DNA of 64,000 nucleotides from Opitutales bacterium (GTDB taxonomy: Bacteria; Verrucomicrobiota; Verrucomicrobiia; Opitutales; UBA2987), in contig CBDDEL010000010.1 in assembly GCA_965226885.1 (NCBI GenBank), forward strand, positions 128,001 to 192,000, given 5' to 3'. Made by a program: the position numbers and the translations under genes. Shown one piece after another: positions 21,555 through 32,805 of the stretch; position 1 is the first letter of the stretch, and the number at the start of each line of letters is the position of its first letter. The notes under the pieces were generated by a model. It was not told the origin of the DNA and made no database searches. It worked only from the letters and a program-made list of their open reading frames with translations.

Positions 21555-22982
21555 CCGAGATTTCCCATATGAACATTCATAATCGTTGAAAATAGCTACT
21601 TTCTAATATTTCGATCCAATTTTTTGCTTTCATTGTGATTTGGCAATCCTTTCCTACATTATTTGATGATCAAATCGGCAGTATTTAACAATTATTGCTG
21701 ATTTTCCCTTTGCCCGGTAAAATCAGGGAAAGATCTTTCCTTCTGTTGGAGGTTTCCACAGCACTGATTCCTTTTGTATCGAAAAATCTTCTTACTCACC
21801 CCGTATCAGGTGCGAGTCGCAGTCGCTCTACTCGCTTGAGCATGGTTCGAAACATTTCCCTTGGGATGGCCACCTCAGCCATCTGGAAAGTGATATACTT
21901 GGCATGGTGGACCACCTTCGCTCCGATTTTGATGAGTTTCTCCCGTAAAGAGCTCAGCATCCAGTGCTTCACCTTTAGGGGAAGGATCAACCGGCGCATG
22001 AAGTTGCCCAGATTGTAGGCTAAGCCGAAGAGCTGAAGCCGAACGGCGTTGTCCTCAAAGTCATGGCAGGACAAGCGGGTCCAGTGGATGGCATGTTTGC
22101 CCTCTTTAATCCACTGCTCTGCGGTGCCCCGGTGGTTGTAAAATTTCACTATCTTCCTGGGTGGCCAGTTCAGATTCGTCACGATGAGACCGACCCGCGC
22201 AAATAACTCTCCGGCCTGCCACTCGACCTTGGCCACCACCCGGCGAGCTCTCTGCCAACTGGCGGCTTGATACGAAAAACTCGCATAAAACACCTTGGGT
22301 GCCCGCGAGGGCCGCCCCACTGGCCGAGGGGCGATCTGTTTTTGTAAAATCGTGTTGCTCTTCAGTCGGATGGCGAAGAAAAAGTTCTCTTCCTCAAGGT
22401 AACTGTAGAGGCCCGGATTGGCGAAGGCGGCGTCACCTCGGAAAAAACGTTTCAAGGGACGCTCACGATAGCGGGCAACGACCAGTTGGAGCACCGACAA
22501 CCAATCGTCGGCACTGTGCACGTTGCCTTTACGCAGGTTGGCCCGTTCCAGATCGCCAAACTGGTTGAAACAGAACAGGGGATGATAACAGGTGCAGCCG
22601 AAATGACCGTTGAAGGCCGAGCCTTCCTGCTTCCCGTAAGTAGGGCTCTCCGAACTATCCATATCGAGAATCAGTTTCTTCATCCCCACTCGCCTATTCA
22701 CCCGGTCTATCCATTGACCGCTCATGTCCGTCAGTGCGCTCAGATTCTCAGGTTTGGTTAACATCTGTGTTTCAAAGCGGCTCATTTCACTGGTCGAAGC
22801 CGCCGGTTGCCAATCGGCACGACCCCCCACAATCTGCCTCATAGCGGGATCAAACCGCAGGCGCTCCGCATCATTCGTGTCTTCGTAACCCGCCAGGCGA
22901 CTGAAGACAGACTGGCGAAGCAGAGCGGCTCTGCCGTGCTGGATATTTTTGCCCGTGCGCTCCTCCACGACATTTTCGCTTC
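21555..22982 (-). mobile_element. IS1380 type A copy 2, 5' end lost at the IS3 junction
   Basis: CCGAGATTTCCCAT end; partial transposase 21796-22968 closely similar to copy 1. Confidence 0.9.
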
Positions 22983-24267
22983 TGATCGGACCCCATCTTT
23001 GCTACCACTTTAAGTGAGAGTATTTCCGTAGGTTTGGTATTGTAGGTTTTGCAGCGGGTGGCGCAATGAGGCCGTAGGCCGAATGGAGCCAGCCGCTGCT
23101 TTGTTGATTGTTCGCCAGAGTCTGGCAAATGTATTTGGGGAGAGAAAGCCTAATCGGCTGTGGGGGTGTTTCGCGTTGTATTTGTGTCGCCATTGTTCGA
23201 CCACCACACGCGCTTCGGTCACGCTCAGGAACAGTTCCTGGTTAAGGCATTCATCGCGCAAACGATTATGAAAGGATTCTATATGTCCATTCTGCCAAGG
23301 GCTTCCTGGATCAATGTATGCGATGGCAATTTCCTGTCGCTGCAGTTCTTCTTTGACTTGGTGGGCTATAAACTCCGATCCGTTGTCCGAGCGGATGCAC
23401 TGAGGTTTGCCGTTCTCTCTTATGGCATCGTTCAATACCTCTACCACATCGGCACTTTTCAGTGAGCGCGCAACCTTAATGGCCAGGCATTGACGGGTAT
23501 GTTCATCGATCAGTGTCAAGAGCCTGAGCGGACCGCCCCGGTCGGTGCGATCCGCCACGAAGTCCCAACTCCACACATGGTTGGGCTGCACTGCTCGGGT
23601 CGGGGTAGCCGTGGATTGGCCCTGCCGGCGACGGCGCTTGCCAGACGGGCGCACACCCAGTCCTTCGAAACGACGCACTTTTTGGACGAATTTGCGACTC
23701 ACGGGCCAACCTTCATGGGCCAACAAAGCGCGGATCCGACGATAGCCATAGCGCGGATGCTTCTTCGAAAAGGCAATGATGCGTGCCACCAGTTTATGCC
23801 TATACTCAGTAGCTTTCTTGGGTTCATACAGGTAGGTTGAGCGGTGCAACCCAAAATACTGACAGGCCCGACGCAGCGAGCACGACCCTTGGGCCAATAC
23901 ATGCTTCACCGCTTCCTTTTTCTGCTTCGGGCCTACCATTTTTTTGCGTTCACCTCCTTGAGCACACGGTTCTCCAGCATCTGCTCGGCTACTATCTTCT
24001 TAAGCTGCGTGTTTTCGCGCTCCAGCTCCTTCAGCCGCTTGGCGCCACGCAGCTCCATGCGGCCATACTTTTTACGCCAACGATGGTAGCTTTGAGGACT
24101 GATATTGTGGGACCGACAGACATCCTGAATGCCTTTGCCTGCGTCTACTTCGCGCAGTATCGTTATGATTTGTTCAGGGGTGTATCTTTTTTGCTTCATA
24201 GGTCTTTCCGGTAATTTCTCCAGAAAGACTCTCACTGGCAATGGTAGTGTTTTCGGCGGTCACATCA
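22983..24267 (-). mobile_element. IS3 family element type B (orfA 24199-23933, orfB 23939-23010)
   Basis: TGA...TCA ends; WSWDF, RSDNGSEF, PWQNGHIESF. No TSD, consistent with an adjacent deletion. Confidence 0.92.
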
Positions 24268-24466
24268 GAGGCTGTCCCAAAAGGGTGATTTTTGCGAGGG
24301 CTTTTGATAGGCGCTCATTTTAGAGGTATTTGCATTTGGGAGAGTATCAACTTTGCTCTCCTATGACGTTAGGATACTGGTTTTGGGGTCCGGTTGCCTA
24401 GTTTTCTTTGTATGAGCCGACAGTAAGGCTGTGAAAAAGTATTGTCCTTGCTTTTCCGCTCTCTAG
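24268..24466 (-). mobile_element. Right end of the IS5-like element
   Basis: Starts GAGGCTGTCCCAAAA and matches 56398-56596. Cut at the CTAG containing the transposase stop. Confidence 0.88.
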
Positions 24467-25919
24467 CCCGGATATTTCATGAAGGGTAAAGTTTGGCTCG
24501 TTATTGCTATTGGAGATGGATTTCTTTGTATTTTGAGCAGATCGTCTTGATTTTTAGGTGTTTTTCAGGGTGTAGAGACACTGCCCCCTTTCCCCCATTG
24601 GTTCGGTAGTGCCGGGGGCAGCACCAATGCACCCTTTAGGTTGGCACCAATCGGCGGGCCGCATGGTTGAAAAGACTGGCCCAAGGATAACTCTCACTTA
24701 GGTGAAAGTGAATCGTTCGGGTGTTGCGCACGATGACCGCTCCGATCTTGATTAATTTGAGCCGCAGGGTGTGGCATTGGGCCCGCGCCCACTTCGTCCC
24801 TTTTAAGGCTAACCGGCGCATGGCTTCCATCAAGGTGTAGGCCAGCGCCGACAAGAGCAATCGCCACTGATTGGCCCACCATTGATGGGCGCTGGTGCGC
24901 TCGCTGAACAATTGCATCTGTTCCTTGATTCGGTTCTCCATTTCACCGCGGCCACAGTATACCTTGTCGTAAAGCTCCTGGGGATCGCCCGGCAGGTTCG
25001 TCACCACGAAGCGCGGGTTGGACCCCTGTGCGGTGTGTTCGGCTTTATGGATGACCAACCGCAGCCATCGCCACGAATCGGCAGCATAGACGAAGTCCTG
25101 GAATAACCGTTGTTTTTTACCCCTTAGTTCGAACCATTCTTTGGCCTGCTTTTGCAACTGCTGGGCGTCTTGCTGCAAGCGTGCATTGCGAGCCATCCCC
25201 ACGATGTAACTAACTTCGTTGCGGTCGCACCAAGAGAGTATCCGGTCTCGACAAAATCCACTGTCGGCGCGCCAAATAATCCGCGTACGGGGCCAGCTTT
25301 GGCGAATCCGTTTAACCAGCAATTTGAGGATGGCCCCGGCATGCTTGCTGGCATCGATCTTGCTCGGCCGCAGGTAGGCCACCAGCAGCTGATCACCGCA
25401 AAAAACATATAGCGGCAGAAAACAGTAATGATCATAATAACCGTGGAAAAAACGTCCCTCCTGGAGCCCGTGCACCGGATTGTCGGTGGCGTCAAAGTCC
25501 AGGATGATCTCTTCGGGTTCCTCGGCAAAGGAGCCCATGAACTGTTCGACCAACAGCTCGTTTACCGCAAAGGCCGCCCGCCGATCCTGCCCGTTTTCAA
25601 AACGACACAAAGTCGGCGCGCTGGCCAACGTTTCAATGCGCCCCGTTACCGTTTGCAACAATGGATCGTGGCGCAGGGTATCAAAGTCGTTCAAATCCTC
25701 ATAGCCCGCCACCAGCCCGTAAACGCGCTGCCGCAGCATCCCCAATACCTCATGGCGTACTTTGCCCTTCTGCCGTTTGTCCACTAACTGTCGGGCCGCT
25801 CGTTCGGTCAAGCCCAACTGCCGATCCACTTCCCGGATCAAAAGCAGTCCGGCATCCGAAGTAACCTCTCCGCCCTTGAAATCAACCCGCACACGGCGGC
25901 CTTTTACCCTTGTCAACTG
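24467..25919 (-). mobile_element. IS1380 type B, 5'-truncated by IS1
   Basis: CCCGGATATTTC end; transposase 24636-25916. Confidence 0.92.
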
Positions 25920-26721
25920 GGTAGTGTATTAAGTAGGAATGGTGGCTAATTCTTGATTATATTGATGAATGAAAAGTCTCAGACAGGTTTCATGCATACT
26001 CTTAAGCTTGGAAAAGGAGAGGGTTTTGCGTGTGAAACGACCCAGTCGTTGGCGCAGGGTATTGTTCCATCGTTCCACATGGGCCGTTTCACCGGTTTCT
26101 TTTCCCACGGATCGGTTATGAGGAAAGACTTCATCATAAGTGCTCCAAAAGTCGCTGTAGGTGGCACATCTTTTGTAGGCCCGTGGCAGACGCTCGTAAA
26201 GTTCCCGGCAACGATACCAATCCCGAGGCCCAATGGCATAGGAGAGGATTTGACGGGTGCGTCGGCAAAGAGCGATCCAAACCCATTGGGCATCGCTCTT
26301 GCGCCCCACAAAAGACCACAGTTCGTCCAGTTCAATGACATCATGGCGGCGGGCCGCAAGAATCGTGCTTTTGAGCGGTCGCAGCGATTGTCGTTTTTTT
26401 TAACCAACTCAAAACGGTGTTGGGACTCACCCCGAAGGCGCGCTGTAAACCGCGTAGACTGCTGCGTTCCTGATAGACTCGAAGGATCATTTCTTTTTGC
26501 TCTTCGGTGTATTTCACTGTGGGGTTTTCGCGGCTTTGTTTACCACAATCATGGCAGCGGTAGCGCTGTTTATGGTTGGGCGTCTTGCCAAATTTAATGA
26601 TATTTTCACTTCCACAGTGCCGACAATTAATAATTTTAGTAACCATGCACTAAGAATAAACTGCCTAACGCTATTTGTACAGCTAAAAATACAAAATAAC
26701 ATTCTTTTTTTATACACTACC
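25920..26721 (-). mobile_element. IS1 family type A (insA/insB)
   Basis: GGTAGTG...CACTACC ends, Zn-finger InsA, A-run slippage site and InsB HVERWNNTLR. No TSD. Confidence 0.93.
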
Positions 26722-27954
26722 AAAATACCAATCCGGCAAATGCGATTAATACGCCGGTAGTGTATTAAGTAGGAATGGTGGCTAATTCTTGATTATATTG
26801 ATGAATGAAAAGTCTCAGACAGGTTTCATGCATACTCTTAAAAGCTTGGAAAAGGAGAGGGTTTTGCGTGTGAAACGACCCAGTCGTTGGCGCAGGGTAT
26901 TGTTCCATCGTTCCACATGGGCCGTTTCACCGGTTTCTTTTCCCACGGATCGGTTATGAGGAAAGACTTCATCATAAGTGCTCCAAAAGTCGCTGTAGGT
27001 GGCACATCTTTTGTAGGCCCGTGGCAGACGCTCGTAAAGTTCCCGGCAACGATACCAATCCCGAGGCCCAATGGCATAGGAGAGGATTTGACGGGTGCGT
27101 CGGCAAAGAGCGATCCAAACCCATTGGGCATCGCTCTTGCGCCCCACAAAAGACCACAGTTCGTCCAGTTCAATGACATCATGGCGGCGGGCCGCAAGAA
27201 TCGTGCTTTTGAGCGGTCGCAGCGATTGTCGTTTTTTTTAACCAACTCAAAACGGTGCTGGGACTCACCCCGAAGGCGCGCTGTAAACCGCGTAGACTGC
27301 TGCGTTCCTGATAGACTCGAAGGATCATTTCTTTTTGCTCTTCGGTGTATTTCACTGTGGGGTTTTCGCGGCTTTGTTTACCACAATCATGGCAGCGGTA
27401 GCGCTGTTTATGGTTGGGCGTCTTGCCAAATTTAATGATATTTTCACTTCCACAGTGCCGACAATTAATAATTTTAGTAACCATGCACTAAGAATAAACT
27501 GCCTAACGCTATTTGTACAGCTAAAAATACAAAATAACATTCTTTTTTTATACACTACCAATACGCCCAACCATTCTGTTATATGCAAACGAATTCCAGT
27601 AAAAAGGGATAATATAATTATGGTAATTTGTACTGAACCAAATAGAATGAGCGCACCTGTTCCAGTATCCAGCGTGGTATAGGCATAAGAGAAGGTAATG
27701 GCGTAAAGAAAGATCATGATGCTGGCAAACCAACTGCCTTTAGAGGACAAGTTCTTTTTATTGTTACTTATCTTTAATATGGCTAAAAAAACAAGGGCGC
27801 CTGAAAGTAAGCGTAGAACAGTAAAACTTGGTGCATCAATGGAATTTTCACCAAGCGCTAATCGGCACAACACAGAATTTGCTGCGAACGCAATTAGCGC
27901 CAAAGTAGTAAAAATCAGCGTTCTTTTAATGGTATGCCTTGATTTATCAATCAT
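26722..27954 (-). pseudogene. DMT/EamA family transporter, interrupted and truncated by IS1 copies
   Basis: AFAANSVLCRLAL, IDAPSFT and LDTGTGALILFG. Continues across the IS1 as ..LGVLIAFAGLVF. Confidence 0.85.
26756..27559 (-). mobile_element. IS1 type A (insB has a 2-bp insertion)
   Basis: 8-bp TSD AATACGCC. Confidence 0.93.
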
Positions 27955-28165
27955 TTAAAATCTCATTTCGCAGATCAAAATGTACCATCTTGAGGGCAAG
28001 AATAGATACGTTATTGATTTTATGGACGTCAAGGTTTGATTTGGGTATTTTTGATTCTTCCCCTAGCCGGGGTGTAGGGGCGGGATCGGCTTGATGCTCA
28101 CTAAAATGAACGCGCATCAAAATCTTCCCGTAAAATCATCTTTTTGGGACAACCTCTAATCTAGA

Positions 28166-29490
28166 TGACGTGTACTGGATTTGTTGGACACGGGATTCTC
28201 TTATATTCATTGTTTATTGATTAGTGTGTCAGGCGGCTTGTTTTGGTAAAGGGTTTTGTTTTCTCGTTGCCCCCCATGGGGGGCAAATATTTTCCTCGAA
28301 TTGGACTGGGCTTTGGTAACTCAGAGAGGAATGTTTGCGATATCGGTTGTAGAAGATTTCCACGTATTCGAAGACAGTTGATCGCAGTTCGCGCTCGTCG
28401 GCAAAGTGGCGGCCTCGAATCGTGCTGGTCTTGAAGCGGCCGTAGAACGATTCCATGGCCGCGTTGTCGTAGCAGTTGCCTTGGGCGCTCATGCTCGGCT
28501 TCATGCCTAGTTCAGAGACCAGCCTCTGATAGTCGTCGCTGGCGTAGGGGCTGCCCCGATCGCTGTGATGAATAATCCCGGTGCGCAGTGTGCCGCGGGT
28601 CATGGCCGCGGCTTTGAGGGCCTTGCCAACCAGCTTCGCGTCGTTGTGGTTGGAAACGCTCCAGCCCAGCAGGCGTCGGCTGAACAGGTCCATCACCGTG
28701 GCCAAGTACATCCAACCGGCCAGGGTCCGTAGGTAGGTCGTGTCCGCCACCCAGACCTCGTCGATATGGGTCGGCTGGCCATGCTTTTTAAGCACATTGG
28801 GGCTGTAACCATAGGGATGGTTACTGTTGGTTTTTAATGGCTTAAAGCGTTTACTCTGGGTGCTTTTGATTCCCATTTCACGCATCAGACGCAGAGCCCG
28901 GTCACGGCCGCAATCGATGCCCTCATCATCCTTCAGATGGCGGTGCATTGGCCGATGCCCATAGCGGCCCTTGGCCTCTTTGTGTACCTTCAGGATCGCC
29001 CCCTTGATTCCCTCGTCCTCGATCCGCCGGGCCGAGGGCGCTCGGTGCCTCCAGCAGTAATAGCCACTGCGACAAATCCCCATCGCCGAGCATATTTCCT
29101 CGATCTTGAAGCGCCCCTCGTTGTCTTTGACAAACTGGTACTTCATTGTTCGTCCTTGGCAAAGTAGCCCACCGTTTTTTTTAGTATCTGGTTGATCCGC
29201 TCCGAGCGGCGCAGCTCTTTGCGAAGACGATCTATCTCGGCCGCCATCTCCTTCGGACTGCTCTGTCGCTTTGAGGTGGCTTCGCCCTGCTGATCGTCCA
29301 GATAGAGCCTCTTCCACCTATACAATTGGTTGGTGTTGACCCCAAGTTTGGTCGATACCTCGGTGGCGCTCAGACCATCGAGTATCATCAGTTGAACTGC
29401 CTCATTTTTGAACTCTATACTGCGTCTTCTTCCCATGCTTCGATTCTCCATTTAGGAGAATCTCGTGTCCACTTTTTCCAGTGCACATCA
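28166..29490 (-). mobile_element. IS3 type A copy 2
   Basis: 4-bp TSD TAGA; orfA 29143-29451 and orfB ending at 28229. Confidence 0.93.
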
Positions 29491-30356
29491 TAGAGGCATT
29501 GGGGCAACTGGCGAAGGGCGGTGATTATAACGTCTGGAATGAGGCCTTGGCAGTGGGGGTGATTTTCCCGAATCCTCAATGAACGCTTGTCGCCAGCATA
29601 GAGGGCGGTGCGAAAACCGGTTTGTGCGGCGGGGAGAATGTCGTTGAGAAGGTCGTTGCCGAGGTAGAGGGTTTGCTTTGGAGCTATCTGTCTTTTGGCA
29701 AGTTCATTTCTTAATTTGGCAAAGAGGCTAACTGAGGGTTTGGCTTCGCGCTCAAGGTAAGACCACACGCAGAGGGTGGGGTCGAAACATTGGGCCAGGT
29801 TTTCTTTTTCCCTGAAATATTCGAGCATCAAGGGGGTGTAAAATTGGGCGTTGGAAACGATGCCGAGGGGCAATCCCGACGCCCGAAGTTTAGACAGGGC
29901 TTGATGAATTCCCGGCATGGGCCAGACGGGGTTGGCTTTGCATTCGTAGGTGAGGGCAAGGGCTTCAATGGCGTCCGGAGGGATGTTTTGGTGTAGGCTG
30001 TGGAGGAAATCTTGCCAGACATCCCGTATTTCCACTTCTGGATGCTCAATGCATTGGGATCTGCGGCGCTGCCAGGCGGCCTTGATTTGAGCCTGAAAGC
30101 GGTTGGACAGTGCGGCGGAATTTTCGTCAGGGTTGAGGCCAACGCTTTGCAGGCTGGAGCGCATGGCTTCGGCCTTAGCGGGGTCATTTTTTTGGTGCGT
30201 TCCGATGTCGCCGGAGCCTGAAATGAGAAGCGTTCCATAAATATCGAAGGCGACCGCCCGGATGTTGGGCAATTTTTTCAGACGGGGCTCCAGGCCGGTC
30301 GGGATGGGCTGGAGGGGGAAGCAATTTTCTTTGATGATGGCCGACTGGTCGCTCAT
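29415..30356 (-). CDS. HAD-family phosphatase (native stop displaced by IS3)
   Basis: FDIYGTL, IVSNAQ, AKP and YLGNDLLND. Confidence 0.88.
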   Translation of the reverse strand: MSDQSAIIKENCFPLQPIPTGLEPRLKKLPNIRAVAFDIYGTLLISGSGDIGTHQKNDPAKAEAMRSSLQSVGLNPDENSAALSNRFQAQIKAAWQRRRSQCIEHPEVEIRDVWQDFLHSLHQNIPPDAIEALALTYECKANPVWPMPGIHQALSKLRASGLPLGIVSNAQFYTPLMLEYFREKENLAQCFDPTLCVWSYLEREAKPSVSLFAKLRNELAKRQIAPKQTLYLGNDLLNDILPAAQTGFRTALYAGDKRSLRIRENHPHCQGLIPDVIITALRQLPQCLYDVHWKKWTRDSPKWRIEAWEEDAV

Positions 30357-30359
30357 CTT

Positions 30360-31820
30360 TCAATTGCGCAAGAGGGAGAAGGATTCAGGGGCGAGAAAAC
30401 CGTCGAGCAGTTTTTTGGGGTCGAGGGCGTCGATTTTTTCGACGGGCTGCTCAAGGAGGTTTCGATAAAGCATTTCGAGGCGGACGCCGTAGGAATCCAG
30501 GCTGTAATTTTCCGTTACGATCCGTTTGTTTTCATGGAGGCGTTTTTCGCCCGGGCCGTCGCCGAGAATGGATGGGCATAATTCGGTGCGGAGTGGCGGA
30601 TTTTCGAGGAGGGTTTTAATGACTATTTCCTGCAACGATTCGTCGAGCCGTCCGAAATCGACACGGTCTTTTTTGACAATTTCATTCAATGCTCGTTCGA
30701 GAGCCTGTTCGGGCGGATTTCTACCGTAGGCTGGATAAAAATTCTCAATGGCCGTCTGGAGGCGTTGGCGGAGTTGTTGCCGGCCCACCCATGGCAGGGG
30801 AATATCGAGCCGTTGATAGAGATTTGAAAGGTCGATGCCGAAATCTGCAGTGATATCCGGCAGGTTGCGGCCCACGAGCGGCTTAGACAGAAGGCAGGGT
30901 TCCAAAAAGGCCATGCCGAAGCCCTCCGCAACACTGGTGGTGATCAGGCGGTGGGAGGATTCGAGCCATTCCGAAAATGAACCGCCGTGGCTTTCGATTA
31001 ATCCGAAATGGGCGGGCAGACAGAGTTCGTGACTGAACTGCACCCAGCGATTGTGGCAAGATTGCCAGATGGGATTATCGGGAACCAGGGTGGTGGCGAA
31101 AGATTCGTCTTTTTCGGCCAGGGCAGCCCAGAGGAGAAATTCGCCGAGGTTTTTACGCCTGATGCCGCGTGTTGGGTAGAGGGTGAGGCGCATTCCTTGG
31201 AAGGCTTGCAGGGCATCCTTTTTCCCACCGTGGCCGAGTTGGGATGGTGGCAGGGAGACAGGATTGGGCAAGACATGCAATTGTTCTTTGGTCAATCCGG
31301 CCTTGGACAAGATTCCGGCGTCTCGGGGGTTGAGAACGGCGTAGTGGATTTGGGGGGCCGAGGGGTAGGGTATTTTGGCCGGTTTTTGATCCCATTTAAT
31401 TAACAGATCGAAAAGGTGTCGGTAATTGGCGGGTCGGCCGTCCTCTGGAAAATCATGCATCTGCAGGAGGAGGCGATGCCCATTTTCGGCCAGTAAACGG
31501 CAGGCGGCGGGGAGGGCGGGATTTTTGCCCAGGGAATGGTTGTGGAAGTGCCAGAGGTCGGGCGGGCCTTCCAGCCGGGCGCAGGCGGATTGTTGGAGGG
31601 CATTATAAAGTTCCCGGGGAGCGGGCGTGGCGGAATTTTCGGTATAACCGAGCCCTTCGACATATTGCGACTGGGACAGGCAGGATGTTGGGGCGGGTTC
31701 ACCATGAAGAACTACGGCATGAATATTCCGCCGGGCGAGGGCGGCGACGGCGTTTTCGATCACCCGTGAGACCCCGCCCGGTCTGAGGTGATAATGGACA
31801 ATGGCGACCTTTGGAGACAT
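30360..31820 (-). CDS. GT-B (GT4-like) glycosyltransferase
   Basis: HYHLRPGGVSRVI, HNHSLGKN, HDFPEDGR, PTRGIRRKN and SVAEGFGMAFLE. Confidence 0.85.
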   Translation of the reverse strand: MSPKVAIVHYHLRPGGVSRVIENAVAALARRNIHAVVLHGEPAPTSCLSQSQYVEGLGYTENSATPAPRELYNALQQSACARLEGPPDLWHFHNHSLGKNPALPAACRLLAENGHRLLLQMHDFPEDGRPANYRHLFDLLIKWDQKPAKIPYPSAPQIHYAVLNPRDAGILSKAGLTKEQLHVLPNPVSLPPSQLGHGGKKDALQAFQGMRLTLYPTRGIRRKNLGEFLLWAALAEKDESFATTLVPDNPIWQSCHNRWVQFSHELCLPAHFGLIESHGGSFSEWLESSHRLITTSVAEGFGMAFLEPCLLSKPLVGRNLPDITADFGIDLSNLYQRLDIPLPWVGRQQLRQRLQTAIENFYPAYGRNPPEQALERALNEIVKKDRVDFGRLDESLQEIVIKTLLENPPLRTELCPSILGDGPGEKRLHENKRIVTENYSLDSYGVRLEMLYRNLLEQPVEKIDALDPKKLLDGFLAPESFSLLRN

Positions 31821-31824
31821 GCCC

Positions 31825-32805
31825 TTAAGAATCCGGCAATCCAAATTTACGGCGGTAGGCGGGAATCGTGATCATGGGCGGGCGCTCCTCCTCTACGATT
31901 TCATTGACGACCTGTTTGTAATGGCGGTGTTGGGCCTGAAAATGCCTGTAAAGGGTGCTTATTTCCGAATCTTTTCCAACAAAATCGTCTTTCTCCAAGC
32001 GTTTGAAAAAAGTTTGGAGGATGCCGAAAGACATTTTGCCGAGGGCTTCCACGGGCTGATGGCGGTGAATCCTTTGATCGAGGTCGGTTTGGCCGAATGC
32101 ATCCAGTCCCCATTGGCGGTAAACATCAATCAGGTGGGAAGTTTCGACACCATAGCCGACTGGAAAAGGAATACGTTCCAAAACCTCCCGGCGAACCGCG
32201 TATTCTCCCGAAAGGGGCTGCAAAATGGCGGCCAGATGGGGGAAAAAGAGAGAGAAGAGCGGGCGGACGAGGATTTCCGTGACACGGCCGCCGCCGGAGG
32301 GCCTTATTTTATGGGAGTAGGCCAGGGGACGGTCATAAAATGCTTTCACGTATTTTATCTCATCGCGGTAGATGAGCGGGGCGACGAGGCCATAGACAAA
32401 GCGGGGGTGGATGTTTTTGATGTCCGCATCGACATAGCAGATGATGTCGCCCTGGAGTTGATAAATGGCTTTCCAGAGGTTTTCCCCTTTGCCTGGTTTG
32501 TCTCCCACTTCGGGAAGGATTTCGGAGGCGAGGTATACATCGGCCCCAAAGGCGGCGGCCACCTCTCTGGTTTTATCGGTCGAACCGGAATCGATGACGG
32601 CGATTTCGTCGAGTAGGGGGTATCTTTTTTTTAGCTCGGAAATAAAAAGGACGACCACTTTGCCGATGGTTTTTTCCTCGTTGAGGGTGGGGATGCAAAG
32701 CGAGATTTTGAGGTTTTTTTCTTCCTTTGCCTCGATCAGTTTTAGGCGGTCCCAAAAATCCTCGTGGTGGAAGGTGTTGCGCTGAAGCCAATCGTCAATC
32801 TTCAT
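31825..32805 (-). CDS. gpgS: Glucosyl-3-phosphoglycerate synthase
   Basis: IPTLNEEKTIG, DSGSTD, GKGENLW, YVDAD, GGGRVTE, QPLSGEYA, GYGVE and HRHQ. Confidence 0.9.
   Translation of the reverse strand: MKIDDWLQRNTFHHEDFWDRLKLIEAKEEKNLKISLCIPTLNEEKTIGKVVVLFISELKKRYPLLDEIAVIDSGSTDKTREVAAAFGADVYLASEILPEVGDKPGKGENLWKAIYQLQGDIICYVDADIKNIHPRFVYGLVAPLIYRDEIKYVKAFYDRPLAYSHKIRPSGGGRVTEILVRPLFSLFFPHLAAILQPLSGEYAVRREVLERIPFPVGYGVETSHLIDVYRQWGLDAFGQTDLDQRIHRHQPVEALGKMSFGILQTFFKRLEKDDFVGKDSEISTLYRHFQAQHRHYKQVVNEIVEEERPPMITIPAYRRKFGLPDS

Noticed and set aside
23040..23100. Hairpin-like GC segment as an attC site
   Set aside because: It lies inside the IS3 type B end and has no convincing RYYYAAC/GTTRRRY pair.
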